Source of the DNA: an uncultured Gemmatimonadales bacterium
Lineage (GTDB): Bacteria; Gemmatimonadota; Gemmatimonadetes; Palauibacterales; Palauibacteraceae
DNA length: 64,000 bases
Assembly: GCA_963783385.1 (NCBI GenBank)
Contig: CAWANJ010000001.1
Span: 352,001 to 416,000, forward strand
Direction of reading: 5' to 3'
Below are positions 50,563 to 59,917 of this stretch, piece by piece (positions within the stretch are counted from its first letter, which is position 1; each line of letters begins with the position of its first letter). The notes beneath the pieces were generated by a model, which saw only the letters and a list, made by a program, of their open reading frames with translations, was not told the origin of the DNA and made no database searches. The position numbers and the translations under genes are program-made.

Positions 50563-50599
50563 CGGGGGCGCGCCCACGGGCGTGCCCCCGTTTTCTTTT
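50563..50599 (+). terminator. Rho-independent terminator
   Basis: cgggggcgcgcc-cacg-ggcgtgcccccg followed by ttttctttt. Confidence 0.88.
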
Positions 50600-50633
50600 G
50601 AGTCCCGCGGCCGCCCGGCCCGTCGCGCGCAGC

Positions 50634-50662
50634 TTGACGCCGGCGGTGCCCGCCCGGACTTT
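50634..50662 (+). promoter_or_regulatory. Possible promoter (TTGACG-N17-GACTTT) giving a leaderless mRNA for the PLP enzyme
   Basis: ATG lies 5 nt after the -10 hexamer and there is no SD. Confidence 0.4.
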
Positions 50663-50667
50663 CCGGC

Positions 50668-51843
50668 ATGCCGATCGACCCCGCCGACGTCGCGATCTGC
50701 GTAGAAGATGAGGCGCCCGACGAGGGCGGCGCCTCGTCCCCGATGGCGCCCCCCATCGTCCAGACCTCCTTGTTCTCCTTCCCCAGCTTCCAGGAGCTCC
50801 TGACCGGCCTCGCCGACGAGCGCGGGAGCCACGTGTACACCCGCGGCTCGAACCCGACCGCCGAGGCGGCCGAGCGGAAGATCGCGGCCCTGGAGCGGGG
50901 CGAAGCATGCCGGACGTTCGGGTCGGGCATGGCGGCCATCTCGGCCGTACTGTCCAGCTTCCTGGGCGCGGGCGACCACGTCCTGTTCGTGAACCAGACC
51001 TACGGCCCCGCCCTCCAGCTCGCCCGCCACCTGGAGCGCTTCGGCGTCGCCCACGACGTCACCCTCGACCTGGCCCCCTCCGCCGTGGAGGCGGCGCTCC
51101 GGCCCGAGACACGGCTCGTGTGGCTCGAGAGCCCGGGCACCATGACGTTCCGGGTCGCCGACATCCCGGCGATCGCGGCCCTGTGCCACGAGCGCGGCGT
51201 GCTCACCTGCATGGACAACAGCTGGTCGACGCCGCTGTTTCAGAAGCCTCTCGCGGTCGGCGTGGACATCGTCGTGCACAGCGCCACCAAGTACATGGCG
51301 GGCCACAGCGACCTGGTGGCGGGGGCGGCCGTGACCTCGGAGGCCCTGATGGGGCCCCTGTTCGAGAAGGGCTACATGCTGGGTGGCGGGATCCTCGCTC
51401 CGTTCGAGGCCTGGCTCCTGCACCGCGGCCTCCGGACCCTCCCGGTCCGGCTGGCCCGTCACGAGGCCGACGCGCTCCGGGTCGCCTCCTTCCTGGCGGA
51501 CCACCCCGCCGTCCGCCGGGTGCATCATCCGGCCCTGGCGGAGGGGGAGGAGGGCGAGCGGAGCCGTCGTCAGCTCGCGGGCACCTCCGGCCTGTTCAGC
51601 TTCGAGCTCGCCCGCGGGACGTTCGAGGCGGCGCGGAGCGTGCTGGACGCGCTCGAGCGGTTTCGCCTCGGAGTGAGCTGGGGCGGGGTCGAGAGCCTGG
51701 CGATCTCGCCCGAGAAGGACCGCAACGCGTCGGAACTCGCCGCGAAGGGACTCCCCCGTGGACTCATCCGACTCTCGGTGGGGCTCGAAGGCGCCGATCG
51801 ACTGATCGAGGACCTGGACCGGGCCCTGGCGCGGGTGGCGTGA
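50668..51843 (+). CDS. Cys/Met metabolism PLP-dependent enzyme (cystathionine beta-lyase/gamma-synthase family)
   Basis: PIVQTS, YTRGSNPT, SGMAAI, LESP, DNSW, HSATKYMAGHSD (PLP Lys), GVSWGGVESL, IRLSVGLE. Confidence 0.92.
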   Translation: MPIDPADVAICVEDEAPDEGGASSPMAPPIVQTSLFSFPSFQELLTGLADERGSHVYTRGSNPTAEAAERKIAALERGEACRTFGSGMAAISAVLSSFLGAGDHVLFVNQTYGPALQLARHLERFGVAHDVTLDLAPSAVEAALRPETRLVWLESPGTMTFRVADIPAIAALCHERGVLTCMDNSWSTPLFQKPLAVGVDIVVHSATKYMAGHSDLVAGAAVTSEALMGPLFEKGYMLGGGILAPFEAWLLHRGLRTLPVRLARHEADALRVASFLADHPAVRRVHHPALAEGEEGERSRRQLAGTSGLFSFELARGTFEAARSVLDALERFRLGVSWGGVESLAISPEKDRNASELAAKGLPRGLIRLSVGLEGADRLIEDLDRALARVA

Positions 51844-53312
51844 GCCAGACCGGCCAGCACCCGCCGCGCCCTCCCCTCGGCATCCTCGGGGCGCTCCTCC
51901 CGCTGGGCGTCATGCTCGTCCTCCTGGTCACGGGCGCGGTCGTGGCCCACCTCGACACCGAGTACCTGGTGGTCGTCCTCCTGGTCGCCGCGGCTACGGC
52001 CGGCATGGTGGCGGCGAGGCACGGGCACTCGTGGGCCGAGATCCAACGCTCCACCGGGGAGAAGCTCGCCGGCGTTCTGCCCGCCATCCTCATCCTCCTC
52101 GCCATCGGGATGCTGATCGCGACCTGGGTCCTGTCGGGTACGATCCCGTTCCTGGTCTACTGGGGGGTGCGGCTCATCCAGCCGCGCTACCTGGTGCTGA
52201 CCGCCTTCCTGGCCACGGCCGTCATGTCGATCGGTACGGGCACCTCGTGGGGGTCGGCGGGCACGATCGGCGTAGCACTCATGGGCACGGCCGCGGCCCT
52301 GCACGCCCCCATCGCCGCCACGGCGGGGGCGGTGGTGTCGGGCGCCTACCTGGGCGACAAGATGTCGCCGCTGTCGGACTCCACGAACATCTCGGCCATC
52401 GGGGCGGGCGCGGACCTGTACGCGCACATCCGCCACATGATGTACACCGCCACTCCCTCCACCGTGGTCTGCCTGGTCGTGTACACGGCCGCCGCCCGGC
52501 TCCTGCCGGTGCCGGCGGGAGGCGCGCCGGCGGGAGCCCGCGCCCTCCTGTCCGATCTCCACTCGGTCTTCTCGCTGAGCCCGATCGTACTCCTGCCGCC
52601 CGCGCTCGTGGTTTGGAGCATCGTGCGGAAGACGCCGGCGGCTCTGGCCATGACCCTTTCCTCGGTGCTCGCCGTGGCCATCGGCGTCCTCGTGCAGGGC
52701 TTCTCCGTGCCGGATGCGCTCGTGGCGGCGGTGTCCGGATTCAGGCTGGACATGGTGGCCTCCACCGGGGCGAACCCGTCGGCCCTCGGCTCCGCGTTCC
52801 GGACGCTGGTCGAGCGGGGCGGCCTGTACAGCATGGCCACCACGCTCATCCTCATCATCGCCGCCTTCCTCCTGGCCGGAGGCATGGATGTGTCCGGAGC
52901 GCTCGACCTCCTCATCGGCCGCATGCTGGCGCGCGTGCGCTCGGTCTTCGGGCTCATCGCCTCGACCATGGCATCGGGGGGTACCATGATCGCGATGACC
53001 AGCCACGGCGGAGTGACGGCGCTGGTGGTGGGCGAGCTGTTCCAGAAGGCATACGACGAGCGTGGCCTGGCGCGGGTGAACCTGTCCCGCTCGCTGGAGG
53101 ACTCGGTCACCATCACCGAGCCCCTCATGCCGTGGACGGTGTCCGCCGTGTTCATGGCCACGACGTTGGGCGTCGCCACGGTACGCTACCTCCCGTGGGC
53201 CTGCTTCTGCTACGGCGGGCCCGTGTTCTCGCTCCTCATCGCCGCCGCGTGGCGGCGGACCGGTTTCGGGATCCGGCTGGCGACCGCCGAGGCCGGCCGG
53301 GTCGACGCCTAG
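51840..53312 (+). CDS. NhaC family Na+/H+ antiporter / amino-acid transporter
   Basis: SGTIP, GTSWGSAGTIG, SGAYLGDKMSPLSDSTN, SRSLEDS, LMPW; GTGA overlap. Confidence 0.9.
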   Translation: MSQTGQHPPRPPLGILGALLPLGVMLVLLVTGAVVAHLDTEYLVVVLLVAAATAGMVAARHGHSWAEIQRSTGEKLAGVLPAILILLAIGMLIATWVLSGTIPFLVYWGVRLIQPRYLVLTAFLATAVMSIGTGTSWGSAGTIGVALMGTAAALHAPIAATAGAVVSGAYLGDKMSPLSDSTNISAIGAGADLYAHIRHMMYTATPSTVVCLVVYTAAARLLPVPAGGAPAGARALLSDLHSVFSLSPIVLLPPALVVWSIVRKTPAALAMTLSSVLAVAIGVLVQGFSVPDALVAAVSGFRLDMVASTGANPSALGSAFRTLVERGGLYSMATTLILIIAAFLLAGGMDVSGALDLLIGRMLARVRSVFGLIASTMASGGTMIAMTSHGGVTALVVGELFQKAYDERGLARVNLSRSLEDSVTITEPLMPWTVSAVFMATTLGVATVRYLPWACFCYGGPVFSLLIAAAWRRTGFGIRLATAEAGRVDA

Positions 53313-53410
53313 GCGCGAGCGCCGCCGGGTCCGGTTAGCTTGGGGGCAATGCGCGGAGAGGCCCGTGCCTCCGGCGCGAACACGGCGGATTCCTCCGGCA
53401 GGAGAGACCG

Positions 53411-53857
53411 ATGATCGGAGAGCTCTCGGAACGGGAGATCGAGGAGGTGCTGCGCTCGGAGGTGGTGGCGCGACTCGGCTGCCACGCGAAGGGACGCACC
53501 TACGTGGTCCCGATCACCTACGCGTACGACGGCACTTCCGTGATCGGCCACTCGGCCCCGGGCCTCAAGATCTCGATGATGCGGGAGAATCCGGAGGTGT
53601 GCATCGAGGTCGACCACGTCGAGGACGCCGCCCACTGGAGGAGCGTCGTCGCCCGGGCCAGGTTCGAGGAGCTGGAGGGACCCGAGGCGCTGGACGCCAT
53701 GGAGCGCCTCGTGGCCCGTCTGGGCTCGCTGGTCACGAGCGAGACCAGCCAGCCCTCGCACGCGACCCGTGACGCGGTGGAGGCCGTGCTCGAGGGGAAG
53801 GCGGTGATCTACCGCCTGCGCATCACCGAGGCGACGGGCCGCTTCGAGCGGCCCTGA
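53411..53857 (+). CDS. Pyridoxamine 5'-phosphate oxidase-like (NimA/FMN-binding) protein
   Basis: ARLGC, YVVPITY, GLKISMMRENPEVCIEVD, WRSVV. Confidence 0.85.
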   Translation: MIGELSEREIEEVLRSEVVARLGCHAKGRTYVVPITYAYDGTSVIGHSAPGLKISMMRENPEVCIEVDHVEDAAHWRSVVARARFEELEGPEALDAMERLVARLGSLVTSETSQPSHATRDAVEAVLEGKAVIYRLRITEATGRFERP

Positions 53858-53866
53858 GGTGGGACC

Positions 53867-54352
53867 CTAGCCCGCTCCCGGGCGATTCAGATACCAGATC
53901 GAGGCGTTCAGTACGGCCGCGAAGCTGACCCACGCCGCGTACGGTATCATGAGGAGCCCCGCCCACGTCGATCGGGCGAAGAACAGGACCGTGCAGGCTA
54001 CCACCGCGATCCACAGGAGGGCGATGTCCGCCAGCCCCGCCAGCGGCGAGCGCATCCCGAAGAACAGCAGGCTCCACAGGCCGTTGAGGGCGAGCTGCAG
54101 GAGGAAGACGGCGAGCGCCACGGCGACCCCCGGCGTCCCCAGCCCCCGTCGCCACACCAGCCAGGCCGCCACGCCCATGGCCAGGTACAGCGCCGTCCAC
54201 ACGGGCGCGAACACCCACGAGGGCGGCGTGAACGCGGGCCTGGCCAGCTCCGGATACCAGGAGGCCACGGCCGGGGCCGTCACGCGGCCCGCCAGGAAGC
54301 CGACGGCCACGGGCAGGGCCAGGGCCAGGATCAGCCGCAACGTGTCTCTCAT
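53867..54352 (-). CDS. tspO: TspO/MBR family protein
   Basis: WYPELARPAFTPPSWVFAPVWTALY, QLALNGLWSLLFFG, PYAAWVSFA. Confidence 0.93.
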   Translation of the reverse strand: MRDTLRLILALALPVAVGFLAGRVTAPAVASWYPELARPAFTPPSWVFAPVWTALYLAMGVAAWLVWRRGLGTPGVAVALAVFLLQLALNGLWSLLFFGMRSPLAGLADIALLWIAVVACTVLFFARSTWAGLLMIPYAAWVSFAAVLNASIWYLNRPGAG

Positions 54353-54405
54353 GGCAGGCCTCCCACCGCGCGGCTCCCGGGCCGGAGACCCGGAAGCGGA
54401 AACTC

Positions 54406-54825
54406 TCAGTCCACCCTGAGGGGCGCGTACCGGTAGCCGGCCCAGCACCCGATGATGGCCGCGGCCCCCTGCACCAGAAGGGCGAGCGCCGCCGTGCGCA
54501 CCGTCATCCCCTCCCACGCCTCGGTGCCGGTGGTGAGCCCGCCGAACACGAGGTTGATCGCGAACCAGGCCACGAACGTGAACAGGGCCATGAACGCTCC
54601 GTTGAGGATCGGAGCGGCGGCCGTCTTGAAGCCCGTCAGGAATCCGCCCGCGGCCCATCCGACCGCGACCGCGACCGACACGCCCACCGCGTCGCCCAGG
54701 GGCCCGCTGCCCACGATGCCTACCGCAGCCAGCACGAGGATGATGCTACTCGCCACCGAAAAGCCCACGAACCAGCCGAAGGCCACCCAGGAGAGACGCA
54801 CGTTTCGAAGATGTTCGGAATGCAT
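54406..54825 (-). CDS. Hypothetical 4-TM membrane protein
   Basis: Four hydrophobic helices; sits in the operon between rnhB and tspO. Confidence 0.65.
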   Translation of the reverse strand: MHSEHLRNVRLSWVAFGWFVGFSVASSIILVLAAVGIVGSGPLGDAVGVSVAVAVGWAAGGFLTGFKTAAAPILNGAFMALFTFVAWFAINLVFGGLTTGTEAWEGMTVRTAALALLVQGAAAIIGCWAGYRYAPLRVD

Positions 54826-54829
54826 GGTC

Positions 54830-55453
54830 CTAGCCGTTCAGGGGGAGCTCGACCTGCCGAACCGGCGCCCAGGTGCGCCGATGGTGCGGCGTCGGGCCGA
54901 GCCGGTTCAGCGCCTCCAGGTGCTCCGCGGTCCCATAGCCGTGGTTGGTGTCCCAACCATAGTCGGGATAGCGGCGATGCAGTCGGTGCATGAGGCGATC
55001 GCGCACCACCTTGGCCAGGATCGAGGCGCAGGCGATGGAGTGCGACCGCAGGTCGCCGTGCACGATCGCCCGATGTGGTCCCAGCCCGGGCATGCCGTTT
55101 CCGTCGACGAGGAGGAGGTCGGGTGGCGACCCGAGGCGGGCCACGGCGCGCCGCATCGCCAGCGCCGCGGCACGGCGCACGTTGAGGCGCTCGATCTCCC
55201 GGCAGGATGCGGCGCCCAATCCCCACGCCCTCACCTCGGACCGGATTCGCTCGGACAGGACCTCGCGGACCTCCGCGGAGAGTAGCTTGCTGTCCGTGCA
55301 GCCGTCGAAGCTCTGTCCCCTGTGTAGAGCGACCGCGGCGGCCACCACCGGACCGGCCAGGGGACCGCGGCCCGCCTCGTCGACCCCCACCACCCGATCG
55401 AGGCCGCGCTCCCAGCCCTCCTCCTCGAACGTCAGGGGCGCGGTGGACGCCAC
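54830..55453 (-). CDS. rnhB: Ribonuclease HII
   Basis: [38 protein letters not shown]. Confidence 0.95.
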   Translation of the reverse strand: MASTAPLTFEEEGWERGLDRVVGVDEAGRGPLAGPVVAAAVALHRGQSFDGCTDSKLLSAEVREVLSERIRSEVRAWGLGAASCREIERLNVRRAAALAMRRAVARLGSPPDLLLVDGNGMPGLGPHRAIVHGDLRSHSIACASILAKVVRDRLMHRLHRRYPDYGWDTNHGYGTAEHLEALNRLGPTPHHRRTWAPVRQVELPLNG

Positions 55454-55484
55454 GGCGACGGTCGACGCGGTCGCGGGAAGGGGC

Positions 55485-55983
55485 TCAGTCCTGTTCGGCC
55501 GGCTGGCCCGCGGCGCTCTCCTCGGCCACCGTCGCCTCGGCCACGGCCGCGTCGCCCTCCGCCGGCGCCTTCCCGGTCTCGGCCGGAGCCGCTGACTCCG
55601 CTGGCGAAGCGCCGGAGGCCAGCTCCTGCTCGAGCCACCAGCTCCTCTCCCGCACCCTCGCCTTCTTGCCACGGCGCGAGCGCAGGTAGTAGAGCTTGGC
55701 GCGGCGCACGTGGCCGCGGCGCACCACTTCGATCCCGGCCAGCGCCGGCGAGTGCATCGGAAAGATGCGCTCGACTCCCACGCCGCCGGAGATCTTCCGG
55801 ACCGTGAAGGTCTCGCTGATGCCCGCACCGCGGCGTCCGATGCAGAATGCCCTCGAAGGCCTGGATCCGCTCCTTGTCGCCCTCGGCCACCCGGACCCTC
55901 ACCCGGACGGTGTCGCCGGGCTCGAAAGCCGGAAGGTCGGTGCGCCGGTATTCCTGCTCGATCTCTGCGATTCTCGGATCCAT
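55485..55983 (-). CDS. rplS: 50S ribosomal protein L19 (+1 indel near 55846) with acidic C-terminal tail
   Basis: FEPGDTVRV...[12 protein letters not shown], then in another frame [11 protein letters not shown]...[10 protein letters not shown]. Confidence 0.93.
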
Positions 55984-56006
55984 GCCAGTCCTCCTTTGTG
56001 GCGAAT

Positions 56007-56741
56007 CTATCGTCGCGGCCCCGGCACGTCAGCCGCCGTCCCCGGCGCGCTCCCGGCCTCGTCCTCGTCCTCGTCCTGTTCCAGCAGCTCCGGCCTGCGC
56101 TCCCGCGTCAACTCCAGGGCCCGCTCCCGGCGCCACGCCTCGATCCGGGCGTGATCGCCCGACAGCAGCACCTCGGGCACACGCAGGCCCCGATATTCGG
56201 GCGGCCGCGTGTACACGGGCGGCGCCAGGAGCCCCTCGTAGAAGGAGTCCGTCGCCGCAGACTCGTGGTCGCCCAGCGCTCCGGGCAACAGTCGTACGAC
56301 GGCGTCCACCACGGCCAGCGCCGCGGGCTCCCCGCCGCTCAGCACGAAATCGCCGACCGACAGCTCCTCGGTGACCAGTCCACCGGCCACGCGCTCGTCG
56401 ACTCCCTTGTAACGGCCGCACAGGAGCGTGAGCTCCTCCTGGACCGCGTAGCGCACCGCCGTCCGGTGGTCGAACCGCGTCCCTCGCGGGGTCAGCAGCA
56501 CGACCGGGCCGGCCGGGTCCAGCGCCTCGACCGCCTCGAAGAACGGCTCGGGCTTCATCACCATGCCCGCACCGCCTCCGTACGGCTCGTCGTCCACCGT
56601 CCGGTGGCGGTCGTGCGTGTAGTCACGCAGGTCCACCAGCCGGTACTCCACCAGACCCGCCTCCGCGGCGCGGCCCGGGATGCTGGTCGCGAACGGCACC
56701 CCGAACCAGTCGGGGAAGATCGTCACGATGTTGATCCGCAT
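56007..56741 (-). CDS. trmD: tRNA (guanine37-N1)-methyltransferase
   Basis: [50 protein letters not shown]. Confidence 0.96.
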   Translation of the reverse strand: MRINIVTIFPDWFGVPFATSIPGRAAEAGLVEYRLVDLRDYTHDRHRTVDDEPYGGGAGMVMKPEPFFEAVEALDPAGPVVLLTPRGTRFDHRTAVRYAVQEELTLLCGRYKGVDERVAGGLVTEELSVGDFVLSGGEPAALAVVDAVVRLLPGALGDHESAATDSFYEGLLAPPVYTRPPEYRGLRVPEVLLSGDHARIEAWRRERALELTRERRPELLEQDEDEDEAGSAPGTAADVPGPRR

Positions 56742-56747
56742 GGCCCG

Positions 56748-57284
56748 CTACAGCTCGAGCAGTCCCGCCGGAGGCCGGATCCGGATCACGCCCGCCTCCA
56801 CGTCCACGTCCTCCACGAACGCGCCAATGAAGGGGACGAGGAGCTCGCCGCCTTCCTCTCGCCGCACGCCCAGGTACGGCGAGCCCGCGGCCTCGTACAC
56901 GCGGCCGACCCGCCCCACCGGCGAGCCATCCACCAGCCGCACCTCCATGTCCTCCAGGTCGTGGAGGAAGTACTCGCCCTCGGAGGGCTCGACCAGCTCC
57001 GAGCGCTCCACCCACAGCCGCAGGGCCCGGTAGCGCTCGGCGAGCGTCCGGTCCGGGATCTCCCGGAACCGGAGGATCCAGTCCGACCGATGCGTCCGCG
57101 CGCCCACCAGGGTCAGCGTCCGGGGAAGGCCGGTGGCCCCGGGGCCCTCCACGCCGAGGACGCGGCCCTCCGTGAACACCGCTTCGGGGAAGTCGGTGTC
57201 CAGCGCTACGAGCAGCTCCCCCGCCATGCCGTGCGCCCGACGGATGGTGCCGACCGTGACACGTTGTGTCGGCTGCGTCGCCAT
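56748..57284 (-). CDS. rimM: Ribosome maturation factor RimM
   Basis: VGTIRRAHGMAGE, EYFLHDL, LVPF, PAGLLEL; conserved operon position. Confidence 0.93.
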   Translation of the reverse strand: MATQPTQRVTVGTIRRAHGMAGELLVALDTDFPEAVFTEGRVLGVEGPGATGLPRTLTLVGARTHRSDWILRFREIPDRTLAERYRALRLWVERSELVEPSEGEYFLHDLEDMEVRLVDGSPVGRVGRVYEAAGSPYLGVRREEGGELLVPFIGAFVEDVDVEAGVIRIRPPAGLLEL

Positions 57285-57340
57285 CTCACGGCCCTCCCAC
57301 CCCGCCGCGCGGCCCGGAGAGGGCTCGGACGGGGAGGCGC

Positions 57341-57938
57341 TCAGCCCTCCTTCTCCTCCTCATCCTCGTCCGCGGACGCTTCCGCCTCGGGCTCCGCCTC
57401 GGACTCTTCCGCCTCGGGCTCCGCCTCGCGCCTCGCGGCTCCGCCTCCTGCCTCGGAGCTCCGGCGTGGCGGCGGCCTCGGGCTCCGGGGCCTCGGCTTC
57501 GGCCTCCGGCTCCTCCGGGGCCACCTCTTCCGCCTTCGCCGCCTTCTCGGTCTTCTTGTGCGAGGCGGGGGCGGCGGTGGCAGGCGGAGGCGGCGCCGGG
57601 GTCGGGCGCCGGGAGGTCTGCCGCCGGTCGGGCGCGGGCCCGGCCAGCACCATGGCCTCCTCGAGCTCCTCCGGCGTCGTCCCGGCGTGGAACTTCTCCC
57701 AGATCCCTGTCTGGCGCAGGAGCGAGCGCACCGTGTCGGTGGGCTGCGCGCCGGCGCGCAGCCAGTGCAGGGTCCGGGCGGCGTCGATCTCGATGACCGA
57801 CGGGCTCGTCCGGGGCTGGTACACTCCCAGCTTTTCGATGGAGGGGCCTCCGACCGCCGTGGTCACATCCGCGACCACGATGCGGAAGGCGGCCTGCTTC
57901 TTTCGGCCCACCCGCTTCAGGCGAATCGTCGCTGCCAT
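57341..57938 (-). CDS. rpsP: 30S ribosomal protein S16 with long acidic tail (+1 indel near 57450)
   Basis: IRLKRVGRKKQAAFRIVVAD, IEKLGVYQP, WLRAGAQPTDTV; corrected frame ends ...EDEEEKEG*. Confidence 0.92.
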
Positions 57939-58026
57939 GCTCGCTCCGTGTTTCTCTTGCGTTTCCTGGCTTCCGTGTACCGCGTCCTAGCGTGCTATGA
58001 TCCGGGCGCGCCCCCGTGGCCAGCGC

Positions 58027-59406
58027 TCACCGGGCGAACATCCCCGGTGGCAGGCCCGGCAGGCGGCCGCCCTTCCTGGCCAGCGCGCCCAGGCGGCCCA
58101 TCTGCTTCATCATCTTCTTCATCTCGCCGAACTGCTTGATCAGCCGGTTCACCTCGTGCACCGGCCGTCCCGAGCCGCGGGCGATGCGCGCCCGCCTGGA
58201 GCCGTTGAGAATGTTCGGCCGGCGGCGCTCCTGCGGCGTCATGGAGAGCACGATGGCCTCCATGTGGCGGACCCGCCGCGGATCCACCTCGACATCGTCC
58301 AGCATCTTCGGCTTCACGCCGGGGATCATCTTGAGGAGCCCCTCCAGCGGCCCCATGCGCTGGACCTGGCTGAGCGCCTGCAGGAAATCCTCCAGGTCGA
58401 ACTCGCCCTCCCCGAGGACCTTGTTCTCGAGCCGCCTGGCGGTCTCCTCGTCCACGGCCTGTTGGGCCCGTTCCACGAGGCCGACCACGTCGCCCATCTG
58501 CAGGATCCGTCCCGCCATACGCTGGGGGTCGAACAGCGTGAAGTCCTCGAGCCGTTCCCCCGTCCCGACGAACTTCACCGGGATCCCGAGCACCCCGTAG
58601 ATCGACAGAGCCGCGCCGCCGCGCGCGTCCCCGTCCATCTTGGTGAGAACGACGCCCGTGAGGCCCACCGTCTCGTGGAAGCCCTCGGCGATCCTCACCG
58701 CCTCCTGTCCGGTCATCGCATCCGCCACCAGGAGGATCTCGTCCGGATCGACCGCTTCGCGGACCTGCCGGAGCTCGTCCATGAGCTCCCGGTCCACCTG
58801 CAGCCGTCCGGCCATGTCGAGGATCACGTGGCTGGCGCCTTCGCGGCGACCCCCTTCCACGGCCTCGCGCGCCAGCCGGACCAGCGCCCCGGCGCCCGAG
58901 CCGCGCTCGGCCGACTCGCCCTCCGCCCCGACCACCGGTACGTCGAGCTGGCCCGCCAGCACGGCGAGCTGGTCCCGGGCCGCGGGTCGGTAGGGATCGG
59001 CGGCCACCAGCCACGGCCTCCCGCCCTCCCGCTGGATGCGCCGGGCGAGCTTGGCCGCGCTGGTCGTCTTCCCCGAGCCCTGCAACCCGACGAGCATGAC
59101 CGTGGTGGGCGGCACCGTGGCCCGCGCGAGCTCGGGCGTTTCCGAGCCCAGGAGGTCGGCGAGCTCGTCGTGCACGATCTTCACGATCTGCTGCCCGGGG
59201 CTCACCGAGCCCAGCACGTCCTGGCCTCGCGCCCGCTCCTCGACCCTGGAGAGGAAGTCCCGGGCGACCTGGAAATTCACGTCCGCCTCCAGGAGCGCGC
59301 GGCGCACCTCCCGGAGCCCCTCCTGGAGCATCTCCGGGGTCAGCACCCCTCGCTGCCGGAAGCGTCCCAGGACGCCGTCCAGCCTCTCTCCGAGTCTCTC
59401 GAACAT
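58027..59406 (-). CDS. ffh: Signal recognition particle protein
   Basis: ALLEADV, GLQGSGKTT, DPYRPAA, DMAGR, TKMDGDARGGAALS, M domain. Confidence 0.97.
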   Translation of the reverse strand: MFERLGERLDGVLGRFRQRGVLTPEMLQEGLREVRRALLEADVNFQVARDFLSRVEERARGQDVLGSVSPGQQIVKIVHDELADLLGSETPELARATVPPTTVMLVGLQGSGKTTSAAKLARRIQREGGRPWLVAADPYRPAARDQLAVLAGQLDVPVVGAEGESAERGSGAGALVRLAREAVEGGRREGASHVILDMAGRLQVDRELMDELRQVREAVDPDEILLVADAMTGQEAVRIAEGFHETVGLTGVVLTKMDGDARGGAALSIYGVLGIPVKFVGTGERLEDFTLFDPQRMAGRILQMGDVVGLVERAQQAVDEETARRLENKVLGEGEFDLEDFLQALSQVQRMGPLEGLLKMIPGVKPKMLDDVEVDPRRVRHMEAIVLSMTPQERRRPNILNGSRRARIARGSGRPVHEVNRLIKQFGEMKKMMKQMGRLGALARKGGRLPGLPPGMFAR

Positions 59407-59542
59407 CGATCTCCCGAGTCGTCGCCGACGCGGCGATCGCGCCGCGTCTCCCTGGACGGAGCAGCGCAATGGTACGCGCTAGCCGCTACCGCGATCCGCG
59501 CGGTCCCCTCGGGACCGGCCCGGATTCCAGAGGTAGCCTGTC

Positions 59543-59571
59543 AGTATAGGCGAGACGCGGGATACAGGCAA
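59543..59571 (-). promoter_or_regulatory. Sigma70 promoter TTGCCT-N17-TATACT for the ffh operon
   Basis: Near-consensus hexamers with 17-nt spacer. Confidence 0.65.
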
Positions 59572-59620
59572 CGATCGAGGGCAAGGAAGCTAGTCCGTCA
59601 GGACCAATGCGCGTCGGACG

Positions 59621-59655
59621 TTGACAGCCGGCAGGATGCGTGTACATACACATAT
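59621..59655 (+). promoter_or_regulatory. MarR promoter (TTGACA) and palindromic operator ATGCGTGTACATACACATAT
   Basis: Near-perfect 20-bp palindrome (59636-59655) overlapping the -10 region just before the MarR ATG. Confidence 0.6.
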
Positions 59656-59658
59656 TGT

Positions 59659-59917
59659 ATGGTGACCCCCGCATATCTGTCGGTGACCCCGCGCTGTCAC
59701 TGCCTGGCCGCGCGCCGGAAGGCCCGGGAAATCACCCGGCTCTACGAACAGAAGCTGCGCCCGCACGGTCTCCGGGCCACGCAGTTCTCGATCCTCGCCG
59801 CGCTTGCCGTCAAGGGGTCGACGTCGATCGGCGAACTGGCCGGGGTCCTGGGGCTCGACCGGACGACGCTCACGCGGAACGCGTCGCGGCTCGAGGAGAA
59901 GGACTGGGTCGAGACCG
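59659..59917 (+). pseudogene. MarR-family regulator, C-terminally truncated
   Basis: CHCLAARR...LRATQFSIL...[18 protein letters not shown]...WVE, then homology stops before the wing. Confidence 0.75.

Noticed and set aside
55840-55852. Programmed frameshift in rplS
   Set aside because: No slippery sequence or stimulatory element, and similar indels are scattered through unrelated genes
57370-57500. Short direct repeats as a CRISPR array
   Set aside because: In-frame coding repeats of the S16 acidic tail; no spacers and no cas genes
59581-59606. SRP RNA (ffs) next to ffh, suggested by AAGGAAGC and TCAGGACC
   Set aside because: The motifs are in the wrong order and there is no enclosing long hairpin
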